From NCBI GenBank assembly GCA_030390025.1, contig CM059431.1, forward strand, positions 156,676,001 to 156,740,000: a DNA stretch of 64,000 nt. The letters are read 5' to 3'. Source of the DNA: Squalus acanthias. Taxonomy: Eukaryota. This document shows, piece by piece, positions 1 to 12,514 of the stretch. The notes under the pieces are model-generated. The model was not told the DNA's origin and did no database searches. It saw only the letters and a program-made list of their open reading frames with translations. The translations under genes and the position numbers were made by a program. Each line of letters opens with the position of its first letter. Position 1 is the stretch's first letter.

Positions 1-555
1 AATTCTCGACCCCGGTGTGCTTTGTTGGCTCAGTCATTGAGTATATTCAAGACAGAGATCGATAGATTTTTGGATATTAAGGGAATCATGTGTAACTGGG
101 ATAGGGCAACACGGTGGCATAGTAGGGCAACACGGTGGCATAGTGGTGAGCACTGTTGCCTCACAGCACCAGGAACCCGGGTTCGAATCCGACCTCGGGT
201 GACTCTCTGTGTGGAGTTGGCACATTCTCCCCTTGTCTGCGTGGGTTTCCTCCGGGTGCTCCGGTTTCCACCCACAGTCCAAAGATGTGTGGGTTAGGTT
301 GATTTGGCTATGCTGAATTGACCCTTATTGTTACGGGGGATTAAATACGTGGGGTTACGGGGATAGGGTGAAATATGTGTCGGTGCATGCTCGATGGGCC
401 GAAATGGCCTCTATCTGCACTGTTGTGATTCTGTGAGTGCAAGAAATTGGAGATGAGGTAGAAGACCAGCAATGATCCTATTGAATGGCGGATTGGTCTC
501 AAGGTCCAAATGGCCCACTCCTGCTCCGATTACTTATGTTCTTATTTTCTTATGT
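1..555 (+). mobile_element. CR1 LINE 3' end fragment, interrupted by a SINE
   Basis: CR1 ORF2 C-terminal sequence (SLSIFKTEIDRFLDIKGI). After the SINE comes the CR1 3' UTR atgatcctattgaatggcgg...ctcctgctcc...ttatgttctta. Confidence 0.75.
103..436 (+). mobile_element. tRNA-derived V-SINE (HE1-like) with duplicated 5' head
   Basis: A-box-like tggcatagtgg, B-box ggttcgaatcc, V-SINE core tgtgtggagtt...gtgggtttcctccgggtgctccggtttcc. Near-identical copy starts at 34377. Confidence 0.85.
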
Positions 556-964
556 ATTTAGTACATATCAACTCTGCTTGATCTTAGATATAATTGAATG
601 TATTTATAGCACTATCAAATGGCCAAACTGTAGGAAAATGTGTAGTGAGTAATATGTTAATCTATAGAGGTTCATTGTTCAGTGGAACAACTCACAAATT
701 ATTTTCTAATCAAATAATCCACTTATTTAAACATCACAAGCTGTTCCGCTACATTTTTGACATTTTTTTCGTTGTGTGTGATATCATTATTCTCAAGCTC
801 ACTAAAAAAACAGTCCGTTACAATACCAACACCAGACAAGTCCTATATTTAAATAAATAACGCAAGTTAACATTTCCAGCTCAGACTTAGGCTCCAGGAG
901 CATCCCGTAGGCTCAGGCTTCAGCAGAGGGAGTCAAAAACACAGTGAAAATAAGCACCATTGAA

Positions 965-3290
965 GTTATTACTTGAAATTGCATCTCCTGTTTTTGGTGC
1001 GAGAAAGTTCCACACTCCTACCACCCTTTGCGTGAAGTGTTTCTTAACTTCACTCCTGAATGTTCTGGCACTGATTTTCAGGTTATGTTCCCTTTTTCAA
1101 GACTGGCACACCAGCAGAAAAGGTTTCTCTCTATCTACCATATCAACCCCTATCAGGAACCTAAAAAGTTCAATCCTGAACCTCTAAATTACAAGGAAAA
1201 CATGCCTACTGTATGTTATCTCTCACCATAATCCAAACATTGGAGCCCTGGTAATATTCACGTGAATCTGCGCTGCACTCCTTCCAAGGCAAATATATCC
1301 TTTGTAATTTGTGGTGCCCGGAATTGCGGTCCACATGTGGTCTCAGCAGGGCTTTTTTAAAAACTCTCTCAAAATTTCCTCCCCTTAATATTCTAGCCCT
1401 TTGTTCCATTCCATTTGCGTTTCTTATCTTTTTTTGGATCTGAGTACAACATTTTAGTGATCCGTATAAATGTACCCCTCAAACTCTTTGTACCTCGATT
1501 ATTCCTAGATTTGCACCATTTAAATAATACTAGGATTTTTCATTTTTTGTTCCAAAATTGATGACCTCAAATTTACCTGCATTGAAAACCATCTGCCAAC
1601 GTTTTGCCTACTGACTTAATCTACCAAGGCTTCTTTGTAATTATCTGCACCCGCCCACATCATCTATTATGCCAACCAATCGTTGTTTCATCGGCCATCT
1701 TGGATACTGAATCTCTATTGTATTATCGAAGACAAAAATATATATTGTTGATATGTGAGGCCCCAGCATAGATCCATGGCGGACACCACGAGTCACTATC
1801 TTCCAATTTGATTACGTGGCCGTTATTGTTACTTTCTTTCTTCTACCCCTGAACCCATCTAAAAGCTAATTCAATGATCTGCCTTCAAGTCCATGAAATT
1901 GAATTTTAGCTAACAATCTCTTAAGTGGAACCTTATGGAATTCTTTATCGAAGTCCACATGTACTCCATCAATATACTTCCCCATGTCTGCTACTTTAAT
2001 TAGTTACTCAAAATATTCAAATAGTTTCCTCAGACGTGCCCTACCATTTACAACCCCATCTCCCTCTCTAATCAGCTCAAATTTTTCTAAGTTCTAACTT
2101 TAATTATATATTCCATTAACTTGAACATATATTAGAATAACAGAACTATAATATCCTGGTTTCTCTCTCTCAAATGTCTTAAATAATGGAGACTCATTTG
2201 CAATTTTTCAAACTGAAGGAACAATTTCAGAATCGAGCGAGATTTGAAAGATAAGTGCTGAAGCATCAGCAATTACCAAACCTAATTCCTTAAAACCGGG
2301 GAATTAAAGCATCTGTTTCTGGGGATTTGTCGGTTAGAGTGCAATTATTTTTTCTAATACTGTTTTCTTGCTTAAGATACATTTACTGAGTTCCAGTCCT
2401 TAATTCATTGTTAGTTCCCCTGGAATGTCATGTATTATCCTGTTCCCCTACTTTGAAAACTGATACAATGTAACTGTTGAACAATCTGCTTTCCTATTCT
2501 AAAATCCTCTCTTACTAATGTTGCAATATTATCTCTAATTATGAGGCAACCCATTCCTCCTCTTCCAGTTTCCCTATCTTTTCGCCTTGCCAGCGACGCC
2601 CACTTCCCATAAACGAATTAAAGAAAAAAACTAATATCCTGCAATATTAAACTCCAAATTATGACCAGCTTGCATCCACCTCTCAGTAATGGCCACAATG
2701 TCAAACCGTTTTATTGTATTGGAAACTCTAATAATCTGAATTTTATTTTTATACACCGTGCGGTAGTATATAACACTCTTATTACGGAAAGAGACCCTAA
2801 CCTATCCTTTGCCCTGATATTGTCTGTCTACACACCGTGTAAATCAACACGTTTATTACGTGTCACTCCTGCTGTAACTATTAAGTTGTTTTAGGAAGTC
2901 GTTCACCTGTAGTATCTATATCACTGTCTGTGAGTTGAACACTGCTTAATTCCTCTTTTAAAAAAATAAGCTTTCATTTGTGCTACTGTTCCTGATTGTT
3001 TTCCCCTGGCCCCACCGCCACCGTTTATTAGTTTACAGTACGTTTTTCAGTTTAATTATCCATTCCGTCATGACCTTAGTCCCATCTCGGAACAGCTTCC
3101 TATTGTCCCAGTGCTGGTGCGAGTGTCGCATTAAATGAAACAACTCCCCCCGCCCCCCCACACCCCGCTACCCGCTTCTCACACTATTCCTTTAGCCACG
3201 TGTTAACTTTATTGATCTGTATTTTCCGATGACAATTAGCACGAGGCTCGGGCAATAACCCTGCGATTAACACACTTGCTATCCAATTGG
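965..3290 (-). mobile_element. Old degenerate CR1 LINE
   Basis: Decayed RT C-terminal motifs on the minus strand (LLRPHVD...ECSADSREYYQG). ORF1 esterase-like remnant near 3050-3270 resembles 34820-34964. Confidence 0.7.
2583..2630 (+). mobile_element. 3' tail fragment of the CR1/Zenon-like LINE
   Basis: ccttgccagcgacgcccacttccc plus A-rich tail matches the 3' end at about 25365-25410. Confidence 0.6.
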
Positions 3291-3700
3291 TTCCACTACT
3301 CTGGTCTTTCCCCATAACACTATAATTTATTTCCCTTCAATTATTTATCAAATTCCACCGCCTCTTCAGACAGTGCATTTCAGATCCCACAAACTCGCTG
3401 CGTATAACAACGTTTCCTCGTTTCGCCTTTGTTCTTTTGGCAATCACCTTCACTCTACGTTCTTTGGTAACCGAGCATTCTGCCACTGGAAGGAGATTGT
3501 TCTTATTTACTCTGTCAAAACCATTCCTAAATTTTAACATCTCTATTTGATCTCCACTTAACTTTTTCTGTTGTAAGGAAAGTAAGAACATGAGTAGGTC
3601 ATTTAGTCCCTCCAGCGTGTGACGCCATTCATTGGCTGATCTCTGTCCCACATCCATTTACCCGCCTTTGCCCATTTTCCTTATAACCGTTGTTTAACAG
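3275..3700 (-). mobile_element. Two short CR1 3'-end fragments
   Basis: KLSGDQIEMLK...GFDRVNK on the minus strand; taagaacat...ggctgatct tail near 3582-3645. Confidence 0.55.
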
Positions 3701-4107
3701 AAAGGTAAAGGTATCGGGACAAGCGTTACAAAGTTGATTTGCGTATCCAGCCTAGACCTTAACACAACATGAGCCGATAGGCACACGAAATTCCTTCCCA
3801 CTTTTACCATAGACTATTGTTCAACAGCTAATTGTAAGCAATCACGTACCCCTTGAACGTAGACTTCTAATAGGAGGGAAACAGCTAGCGCACTCTGTGG
3901 GTAACCTTACCTTTTCGCGATAGTAGAAAACTGGCGATAGCTGCTCGCGATAAACCTCTTGATTGGGCGTTTTACAAAAAGTTAAAGTTACCTTCAATAA
4001 TTATAGATGGAATTAGCCCGTTAAAAGAATCCACACGGGATGTTGTAAAGATGACATCAGATTCCTCCCCATGTTGCAATGTGCAGCTTGATAAAATCTC
4101 AAACCTT

Positions 4108-5437
4108 AAGGATTTATGACCATTTGGAAAGGGACAACTTAATCAGGGATAGTCAAAACGGATTCGTGAAGGGTAAGTCTTGCCTAACAATTTTGATTGA
4201 ATTCTTTGAGGAGGTAACTAAGTGTGTAGATGAATTTTTGAGCAGTTGATGTCGTATACATGGATTTTAGTAAGGCGTTTGATAAGGTTCCCCATGGTCG
4301 TCTCATGAAGAAAGTAAGGAGTTGTGGGACAGAGGGAAATTTGGCCGATTGGATAAGTAACTGGCTATCTCATAGAAGGCAGAGGGTGGTGGTGGATGGA
4401 ACATTTTCGGACTGGAGACCAGTTACCAGCGGTGTGCCACAGGGGTCGGTGCTGGGTCCTCTGCTGTTTGTGATTTTTATCAATGACTTGGAGGAGGGGA
4501 CTGAAGGGTGGATCAGTATATTTGCTGATGAAACCAAGATTGGTGGAGTAGTGGATGAGGTGGAGGGCAGTTGTAGGCTGCAAGAGACATTGATAGGATG
4601 CAGAGCTGGGCCGAAAAATGGCAGATGGTATTTAACCATGATAAGTGCGAGGTGATTCATTTTGGTAGGGCAAATTTGAATAAGGAATACACGGTCAACG
4701 GCAGGGTTCTGAGGAACGTGGAGGAGCAGAGGGATCTGGGGGTTCATATCCACAGATCTCTGAAGGTTGCCACTCAAGTGGATAGAGCAGTAAAGAAGGC
4801 CTATGGTGTGTTGGCGTTTATTAACAGAGGGTTTGAGTTTAAGAACCGTGAGGTTATGCTGCAACTGTACAGGACCTTGGTGAGACCACATTTGGAATAT
4901 TGTGTGCAGTTCTGGTCACTTCACTATAGGAAGGACGTGGAAGCATTGGAAAGAGTGCAAAGGAGATTTACCAGGATGCTGCCTGGTTTGGGGGGGAGGA
5001 CTTATGAGGAAAGATTGAGGGAGTTGGGGCTTTTCTCTTTAGAGCGGAGGAGGATGAGAGGCGACTTAATAGAGGTTTATAAGATGATGAGGGGGACAGA
5101 TAGAGTGGATGTTCAGAGACTATTTCCTCGGGTAGAGGCAGCTGTTACAAGGGGGAATAACTATAAGGTGCATGGGGGGAGATATAGAAGGGATGTCCGA
5201 GGTAGATTATTTACTCAGAGAGTGGTTGGGGTGTGGAATGGACTGCCTGCTGTGATAGTGGAGTCGGACACTTAAGAACTTCCAAGCGGTTATTGGATAA
5301 GCACATGGAGCACACCAGAGTGATAGGGAGTGTGATAGCTTGATCTTGGTCTCGGACATTGCTCGGCACAACATCGAGGGCCGAAGGGCCTGTACTGTGC
5401 TGTACTGTTCTATGTTCTATGTTCTATGTTCTATGTT
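4108..5437 (+). mobile_element. 5'-truncated CR1 LINE (RT, frameshifted near 4590)
   Basis: ORFs 4260-4655 ([27 protein letters not shown]) and 4598-5275 (RPHLEYCVQFW); (tgttcta)n tail. Confidence 0.95.
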
Positions 5438-5752
5438 ATAAGACAGCATTCGCGGAGAGGGTCTGATTCGGTGTTCGCTAACATTTTTGTTTCTAGCACA
5501 TTTTGGGCTCACATTAGAAATGAAAGAATATTCATATTTTTCCCATTGCACAGCTTTGTTGAAATAGAGCGCGAGTAGAACTAATTGGCTATTACCCTCA
5601 AAGAGCTGGCATAAGCATGATGGGCAGAATGGCCTCCTTCTGTGCTGTAATGTACTACGATTCTATCAATCTACTTACCATCACTATCTGTTCTTTTTGA
5701 CAAGAAATTTCACAGCTTTACTTTGGCAATGCGGTCGATGGGCATTTGACAA

Positions 5753-7570
5753 AAACTTGCATTTCTTCATGGCCTTTAACGTAGTAAAACGTCCCATGGC
5801 GCTTCACAGTAGCGTTATAAATCAGAAATTGACCGACGCTAATAGGAGATTTCAGGGCAGAAAGCTTGCTCAAAGAGTTAGTTTGCGAGGAACGACTTAA
5901 AGGAGGAAAGAAAGGTAAAGAGGCGAAGCGGATTAGGGAGGGAATCCCAGATCTTAGGGCCATGGTACCTCAAGGCATGGTGACCAATAGTGGAGTGATT
6001 AAAATTGGGGATGCGCAAGAGCCAGAATTGGAGAATCACTGAGATCTCGGAGGGTTGTGGGACTGGAGGAGGTTACAGAGATATGGAGGAGCGAATAATT
6101 GGAGGGCCTTGATAACAATGATGAGATTTTTTAGATCGAGGCGTTGCTTAACCGGAAGCCAATGTATGTCAGCGAGCTTGCCTGATGGTTGACCAGAACT
6201 TGGTGCGAGTTAGGATACAGGGAACAGAGTTTTGGATGATATTAAATTGATATAGGGTGAAGGTTGGGAGGCTGGCCAGGAGTGCCTTGGAATAGTCAAG
6301 TCTCGAGACAACCAAGACATGGATGAGTGTTTCAGCAGTAGATCAGCTGAGGCAGCGGCAGAGTCGGTCGATGTTGCGGAGCTAGAAATATGCAGACTTA
6401 GATATGGCGTGGATATGTGGCCGGATGCTTATCTCGGGTTCACAAACGACAGCAAGGTTTCAGAAAATTGGTTTCAGGCTCAGAGAGTTGCCAGGAAGAA
6501 CGATGTTGCTGGTGGCTAGGGAACGGATATTGTGGAGGGGACTGAAGACAATGGTTTTGATCTTCAAAATATTAAGTTGCAGGAAATTTCTGCTCATCCG
6601 AACATGTAGCCTGCCAACTTAGAGACAAAGGGCGGGGTGGGGGGTTGATCGACAGAGGTGGTGGTGTGTTATAACTGCGTGTCGTCAGTGTACATGTGGA
6701 ACCTGACGTTATTTTTTTAGGATGATGTCGCCGATGGGAAGCATGTAGATGAGAAATAGAAGGGGGACATGGATAGATCCTTTGAGTACATCAGAGGCAA
6801 CGGTTTGGGAGCGGGAAGAGAAGCCATTCCAGGCGTTTCTGTGGCTATGACTGGAAAGATACGATTGGAACCAGGTGACTGCCGTCCCACCGAGATAGAC
6901 GATGGAGAAAAGGCGTTAGATGAGGTCGGTGGAGTCAACCGTGGCAAAGGTTGCAGATCGGTCGAAAAGGACGAAAGGGATTGTTTATCACGTATGATGC
7001 CATTTGTCACTTTGAGAAGAGCCGATTCATTATTGTGACAGGGACGGAAACCTGATTGGAGGATTCAAATAAGGAGTTCCAGGAAAGATGGGGAAGGATT
7101 TGGGAGGCGACAGCACGTTCAAGGAATTTGCAGAGGAAAGGGAAGTTGGATATGGGGCGGTAGTTTGCAACAACAGATGGGTTAATGTTTGTTTTTTGAG
7201 GAGGAGGTGAGAACGGCAGGTTTGAAGGGGTGGAGGACCATACCTGAGAAGAAAGTACCGTGAACAATATCAACTAACATGATGGACAGGAATAGAATTT
7301 GGGTGATGAGCAGATTGGTGGGAATAGAGTCGAGAGAGCATGAGCGAATTCTCATGGACAAGATGAGCTCGGAGAGGGCCTGAGGCTAGATAGGAGAATT
7401 AATAGAGAACAATGCGTTTTCAGGTTTAGGGCAGGAGGGTACCTTAGAGGAGGTTTCGCTTGTTTGTCTAGAGGAAGGGAGGGAAGCGGCAGAGGCGGCT
7501 GACCGGATGGTCTAAAAACTTAGTGAAAAGAGGTGCATGAGCTCCTCGCACTTGCTGTTGGAGATGACGG
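5753..7570 (-). mobile_element. L2-clade LINE, degenerate
   Basis: NYRPISNFPFLCKFLERAVASQ (7007-7273, minus) is an L2-type RT motif; L2-type 3' end acttgcattt...gcctttaacgtagtaaaacgtccc...ggcgcttcacag. Confidence 0.8.
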
Positions 7571-7844
7571 CTCCAGCAGTGCAATTGTAGAAATGTAACA
7601 TTATTGAAAATCTCGCTGCCCTTATCTTTTATCGATTTCTAGGAATACGTATTTGTGTGATGAAGGACGTCAGGTTAACAAATAAATTTATCATACACGA
7701 ATATATCAAACCTACCGCCTCCTGCTAACATCTACCTAACACGAAATACGTGGGGCTAATTTTAATGCTCAGAAATTGTGTAAAACCGGCGATATCGAAT
7801 TGTCCACCCATTATGCACGTTTCCCGAATTACGACAATGGAATG

Positions 7845-9770
7845 CATAGAAGCTAGGAGCAGGAGTAGGCCATTCGGCCCCTCGAGCCTGCTCCGTCATT
7901 TAATGAGATCATGGCTGATCATCCAAATTCAGTACCATGTCCCTGCTTTCTCCCCATATCCCTTGTTCCCTTTAGCCTTAAGAAATATATCTATCTCCTT
8001 CTTGAAAATATTTAATGAATTGGCCTCAACTGCCTTCTGTGGTAGAGAATTCCACAGGTTCACCACTCTCTGGGTGAAGAAATTCCTCCTCATCTCAGTT
8101 CTACTTGGCTTACCCCTTATCCATAGACTGTGACCTCTGGTTCTGGACTCCCCCGCCATCGGGAACATTCTTCCTGCATCTAGTCTGTCTAGTCCTGTTA
8201 GAATTGTATAAGTTTCAATGAGCCCCCCTCTCATTCTTCTAAATTCTAGCGAATATAATCCTAATCGACCCAATCTCTCTTCATACGTCATAATTCACCG
8301 TTTACTCTCTACCACCTTTTTTAAATAGTGGGGTTACATTAGCTACCCTCCAGTCCATGGGAACTGTTCCAGAGTCTATCGATTTTGGAAAGATGACGAG
8401 CAATGCATCTACTATTTCTAGGGCCACTTCCTTAAATACCCTAGGATGTAGATTATCAGGCCCTGTGGATTTAGCGTCCTTCAATCCCGTCAATTTCCAT
8501 AGCACCATTTCCCTACAAATACTGATTTCATTCAATTCCTCCCTCTCATTAGATCCTATGTTCCCCGACATCACTGGGATTTTATTTGTGTCCTCATTTG
8601 TGAAGACAGAACCAAAGTATGTATTTAATTGGTCTGCCATTTGTTTGTTCCCCATTATAAATTACCCTGATTCTGACTGCAAGGGACCTACGCTTGACTT
8701 CACCAATCTTTTTCTCTTCACATATCTATTGAAGCTTTTACAGTCAGTTTTTATGTTCCCTGAAAGCTTACTCTCATCTTCTATTTTCCCCGTTTTAATT
8801 AAACCCTTTGTCCTCCTTTGCTAAATACTAAACTGCTCCAAATCCTCAGGTTTGCTGCATTTTCTGGCCAATTTATATGTCCTCTCCTTGGATCTATGCT
8901 ATCCCTAATTTCCCTTGTTAGCCACGGTTGAGTAACCATTTTTGATTGATTTTTATGCCAAAAAGGGATGAACAAATTCTGTAGTTCTTCCATGCGTTCT
9001 TTAAATGTTTGCCATTGCCTATCCACTGTCAACACTTTAAGTAACGTTCCCCAAACCATCCTAGCCAACTCGCGCCTCATACCATCGTAGTTTCCTTTAT
9101 TTAAATTCAGGACCCTAATCTCTGAGTCAAATTCTTCATTCTCCATCTTAATGAAGAATTCTATCTTATTATGATCGCTCCTGCCCAAGTGGTTTCGCAC
9201 AACAAGATTGCTAATTAATCCTTTCTCATTACATAATACCCAGTCTAAGATGGCCTGATGCTAGTTGGTTCCTCGACATATTGGCCCAGGAAACCATCCC
9301 GTATAAACTCTAGGAATTCCTCCTCCACAGTATTGTTACTAATTTGGTTAGCCCAATCAATATGTAGATTAAAGTCACACATGATAACTGCTGTGCCCTT
9401 ATTGCACGCGTCTCTAATTTCCCTTTTAATGTAATTCCCATCCTCAGCATTACTGTGTGGGGGTCTGTATACAACTCCCACGAACATTTTCTGCCCCTTG
9501 GTATTTCTCAGCTCTACCCATACAGATTGCACATTAGAGCTAATATACTTCCTTACTATTGTGTTAATCTCCTCTTTAACCTGCAATGTTACCCCACCTC
9601 ATTTTCCTTTTTGTCTGTCCTTCCTGAATATTGAATACCGCTGGATGTTGAATTCCCAGCCTTGGTCACCCTGGAGCTATGTCTCCATAATCCCAATTTT
9701 ATCATCTCCGGTTACATCTATTTGCGCAGCTAATTCATCCACCTTATTACGAATGCCCCTCGCCTAAAGA
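7845..9770 (-). mobile_element. CR1 LINE ORF2 with internal deletion of the RT core
   Basis: APE fragments (VWVELRN, VVYRPP, SDHN), linker and C-terminal ORFs are present; a junction near 8291 skips the RT core. Confidence 0.9.
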
Positions 9771-9889
9771 CACAAAGCATTCAGGCTTGATTTGGACTGT
9801 AACCTGGTGTTCTGCGACTTCTCACATTTGTCCACCCCAGTCGAACACCAGCATCTCCACATCTTACAAAGTATTGGTACCCAATTTAC

Positions 9890-10135
9890 AGGCACAAATG
9901 CACAGGCGTACCATGTAATGACGCACCATATACAGACGAAAAGTATCCAGTCACACAATGTATAAAAGCACAATTCTGGTGCGCACAATGAGCAGGTAAA
10001 CAATGCACAGACACACAACGTACAAGTGCACAATGTATAAAACACAAATTACAGGTGTATATTATGCATTTTAACAATGTAGAGTCACAATATTTTAAAT
10101 GTGACCAACGTACAGAAACACAATGTACAAGCAAA
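9890..10135 (+). repeat. Degenerate low-complexity tandem repeat (cacaatgtac-like units)
   Basis: Recurrent cacaaatgcacag, cacaatgtataaaa, cacaatgagcagg, cacaacgtacaag, cacaatgtacaag. Confidence 0.55.
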
Positions 10136-10340
10136 CAGTGAATGAGGAAATGTGAAATGATTTTTTACAGTGTGTAAAGGACGCATTTCGTAACTATTAT
10201 GTAAGAAGCCCAACAAGAGAGGAATCACCGCTGGATCTAATAATGGGAAGTGAAACAGAACAGGTATCAGAAGTAAGCGCATAGGAGAGTACCCAGGCAA
10301 GTGCAATCACAAATTTATAAGGATTAAAATAATATAGAAT

Positions 10341-11897
10341 CATAGAAACATAGAAGATAGGAGCAGGAGTAGGCCATTCGGGCATTCGAGCCTGCTCCGC
10401 CATTCAATGCGATCATGATTGATCATCCAAATTCAGTAACCTGTTCCTGCTTTCTCCCCATATCGCTTGATTCCCTTAGCCTTAAGAATATATCTTACTC
10501 CTTCTTGAATATATTTAATGAATTGGGCTCAACTGTCTTCTGTGGTAGAGAATTCCACAGGTTCAACACTCTCTGGAAGAATAAATTCCTCCTCATCTCA
10601 ATCATAATTGGCTTAACCCTTTTCCTTAGATTGTGACCCCTGGTTCTGGACAACCCCACCATCAGTAATATCCTTCCTGCACCCAATCTGTCTAGTCCTG
10701 TTAATATTTTATAAGTTTCAATGAGCTCCCCTCTCATTCTTCTAAATTCTAGCGAATACAAGCTCAACCGATCCAATCTCTCTTCATACGTCATTCCTGC
10801 CATCCCAGGTATCAGTCTGGTGCATCTTCGCTGCACTCTCTCCATGGCAAGGACATCCTTCCTCAGGTAAGACGAACTAAATTTCACACAATACACAGGA
10901 GTGGTCTCACCAAGGCACTGTAAAACTGCAGCAAGACATCCTTGCTCCAGTACTCGAATCCTCTCGCTATGAAGGTCAACATACCATTTGCCTTCTTAAC
11001 CGCCTTCTGCACCTGAATGTTTACCTTCTGCGATTGGTGCACAAGGACACCCAGGTCCAGTTGTACTTCCCCTCTGCCCAATCTATTGCCGTTCAGATAA
11101 TAATCTGCCTTCCTGTTTTTGCCACGAAAGTGGATAACCTCGCATTTATCCACATTATACTGCATCTGTAATGCATCTGCCCAATCACCCAACCTGTCCA
11201 ACTCATACTGGAGTTTCTCTGCATCCTCCTCACAACCCACACGCCCAGCCATCTTTGTGTCGTCTGCAAACTTGTTGATATTACATCTAGTTCCCTCGTC
11301 TAGATCATTAATATATATTGTAAATAACTGGGGTCCTAGCACCGATCCCTGCGGTACCCCACCAGTCACTGCCTGCAACTCCGAAAAAAGACCCGTTTAT
11401 TCCAACTCTTTGCTTCCTGTCTGCAAACCAGTTTTCTATCCAAGACTGCACCTTACCCCCAATCCCGAGTGCTTTAACTTTGCACGCTAATCTCTTATGC
11501 GGGTCCTTATCGAAAGTCTTCTTAAAGTCCAAATACACCACATCCACTGGTTCTACCTTATCTATTCTACCAGTTGCATCCTCAAAAAATTCCAGTCGAT
11601 TAGTCAAGCATGATTTACCTTTTGTAAATCCATGTTGACTTTATCCGATCCTGTCACTGTTTACCAAGTGCTCTGCTTTTACATCTTTTATAATGACTCT
11701 ATCTTTTTCCCCACTATCGATGTTAGGCTTAACAGTCTATAATTCCCAATTTTCTCTCTACCACCTTTTTTAAATAGTGTGGTTACATTAACTACCCTCC
11801 AATCCATGGGAACTGTTCCAGAGTCTATAGAATTTTGGAAGATGACCAGCAATGCATCTACTATTTCTAGGGCCACTTCCTTAAATAACCTAGGAAT
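10341..11897 (-). mobile_element. 5'-truncated CR1 LINE (frameshifted RT)
   Basis: ORF fragments with [32 protein letters not shown]; catagaaa-type tail. Confidence 0.95.
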
Positions 11898-12514
11898 TAA
11901 TGACTGAGAGACACATAACTCAGACAGAAACCAAATAAATATATTTGTAGAAATCTAATAAAGTGGGAGGAGTCGGTCAGTATGGAACCAGAGATGTTCA
12001 ACTGGAAAACAAATTAGACAAGCAAAGATCTGGAACAGCAGTGGGAATTTTGTTTATAAAAAGTGATCAATAGAGGTCAGGAGGAAAACATTCTGCTAAA
12101 AAAAGAACACAACAGCTAATAATGAGACACCAGTTATTAATAAGTAGATAAGGGTAAAACTGTAACTAAATCTAAAGCCATACACTAAGTATATAATTGG
12201 TTAAGGAGAGGGCAAAAAGGGAAGAAAAATATTAGAAAAAATTAGAAGGAAAAAAGGGTTTACGAAATGAAATTATCAAAGAACACAAAAATAAAAATTT
12301 AAGTATTCCATACACATATAAAGGATACCATCTGTAATTTCCAATTTTATTTCGCTTTCTGTACACGATTTAAATGTAATTTACATTTCGTGCTTTTTAC
12401 TAACTAGTTTGGACTGCAGTGGCTCTGTGAGGATACTTCAATCTGATTTGTTGAAGAACCTCGCTGTTGCTTTCCCTGTTCACAGATGCCACCGATACTC
12501 AGTTTAGAATCTTA

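Noticed and set aside
103..200. tRNA gene
   Set aside because: The A/B boxes belong to a SINE head followed by the V-SINE core; the same applies at 34377 and about 37060.
860..960. Possible small minus-strand exon
   Set aside because: Non-TE-looking, but there is no convincing donor/acceptor pair or homology.
9764..10134. Cys-rich minus-strand ORFs as metallothionein/keratin-like genes
   Set aside because: By-product of the TG-rich low-complexity repeat; no splice or homology support.
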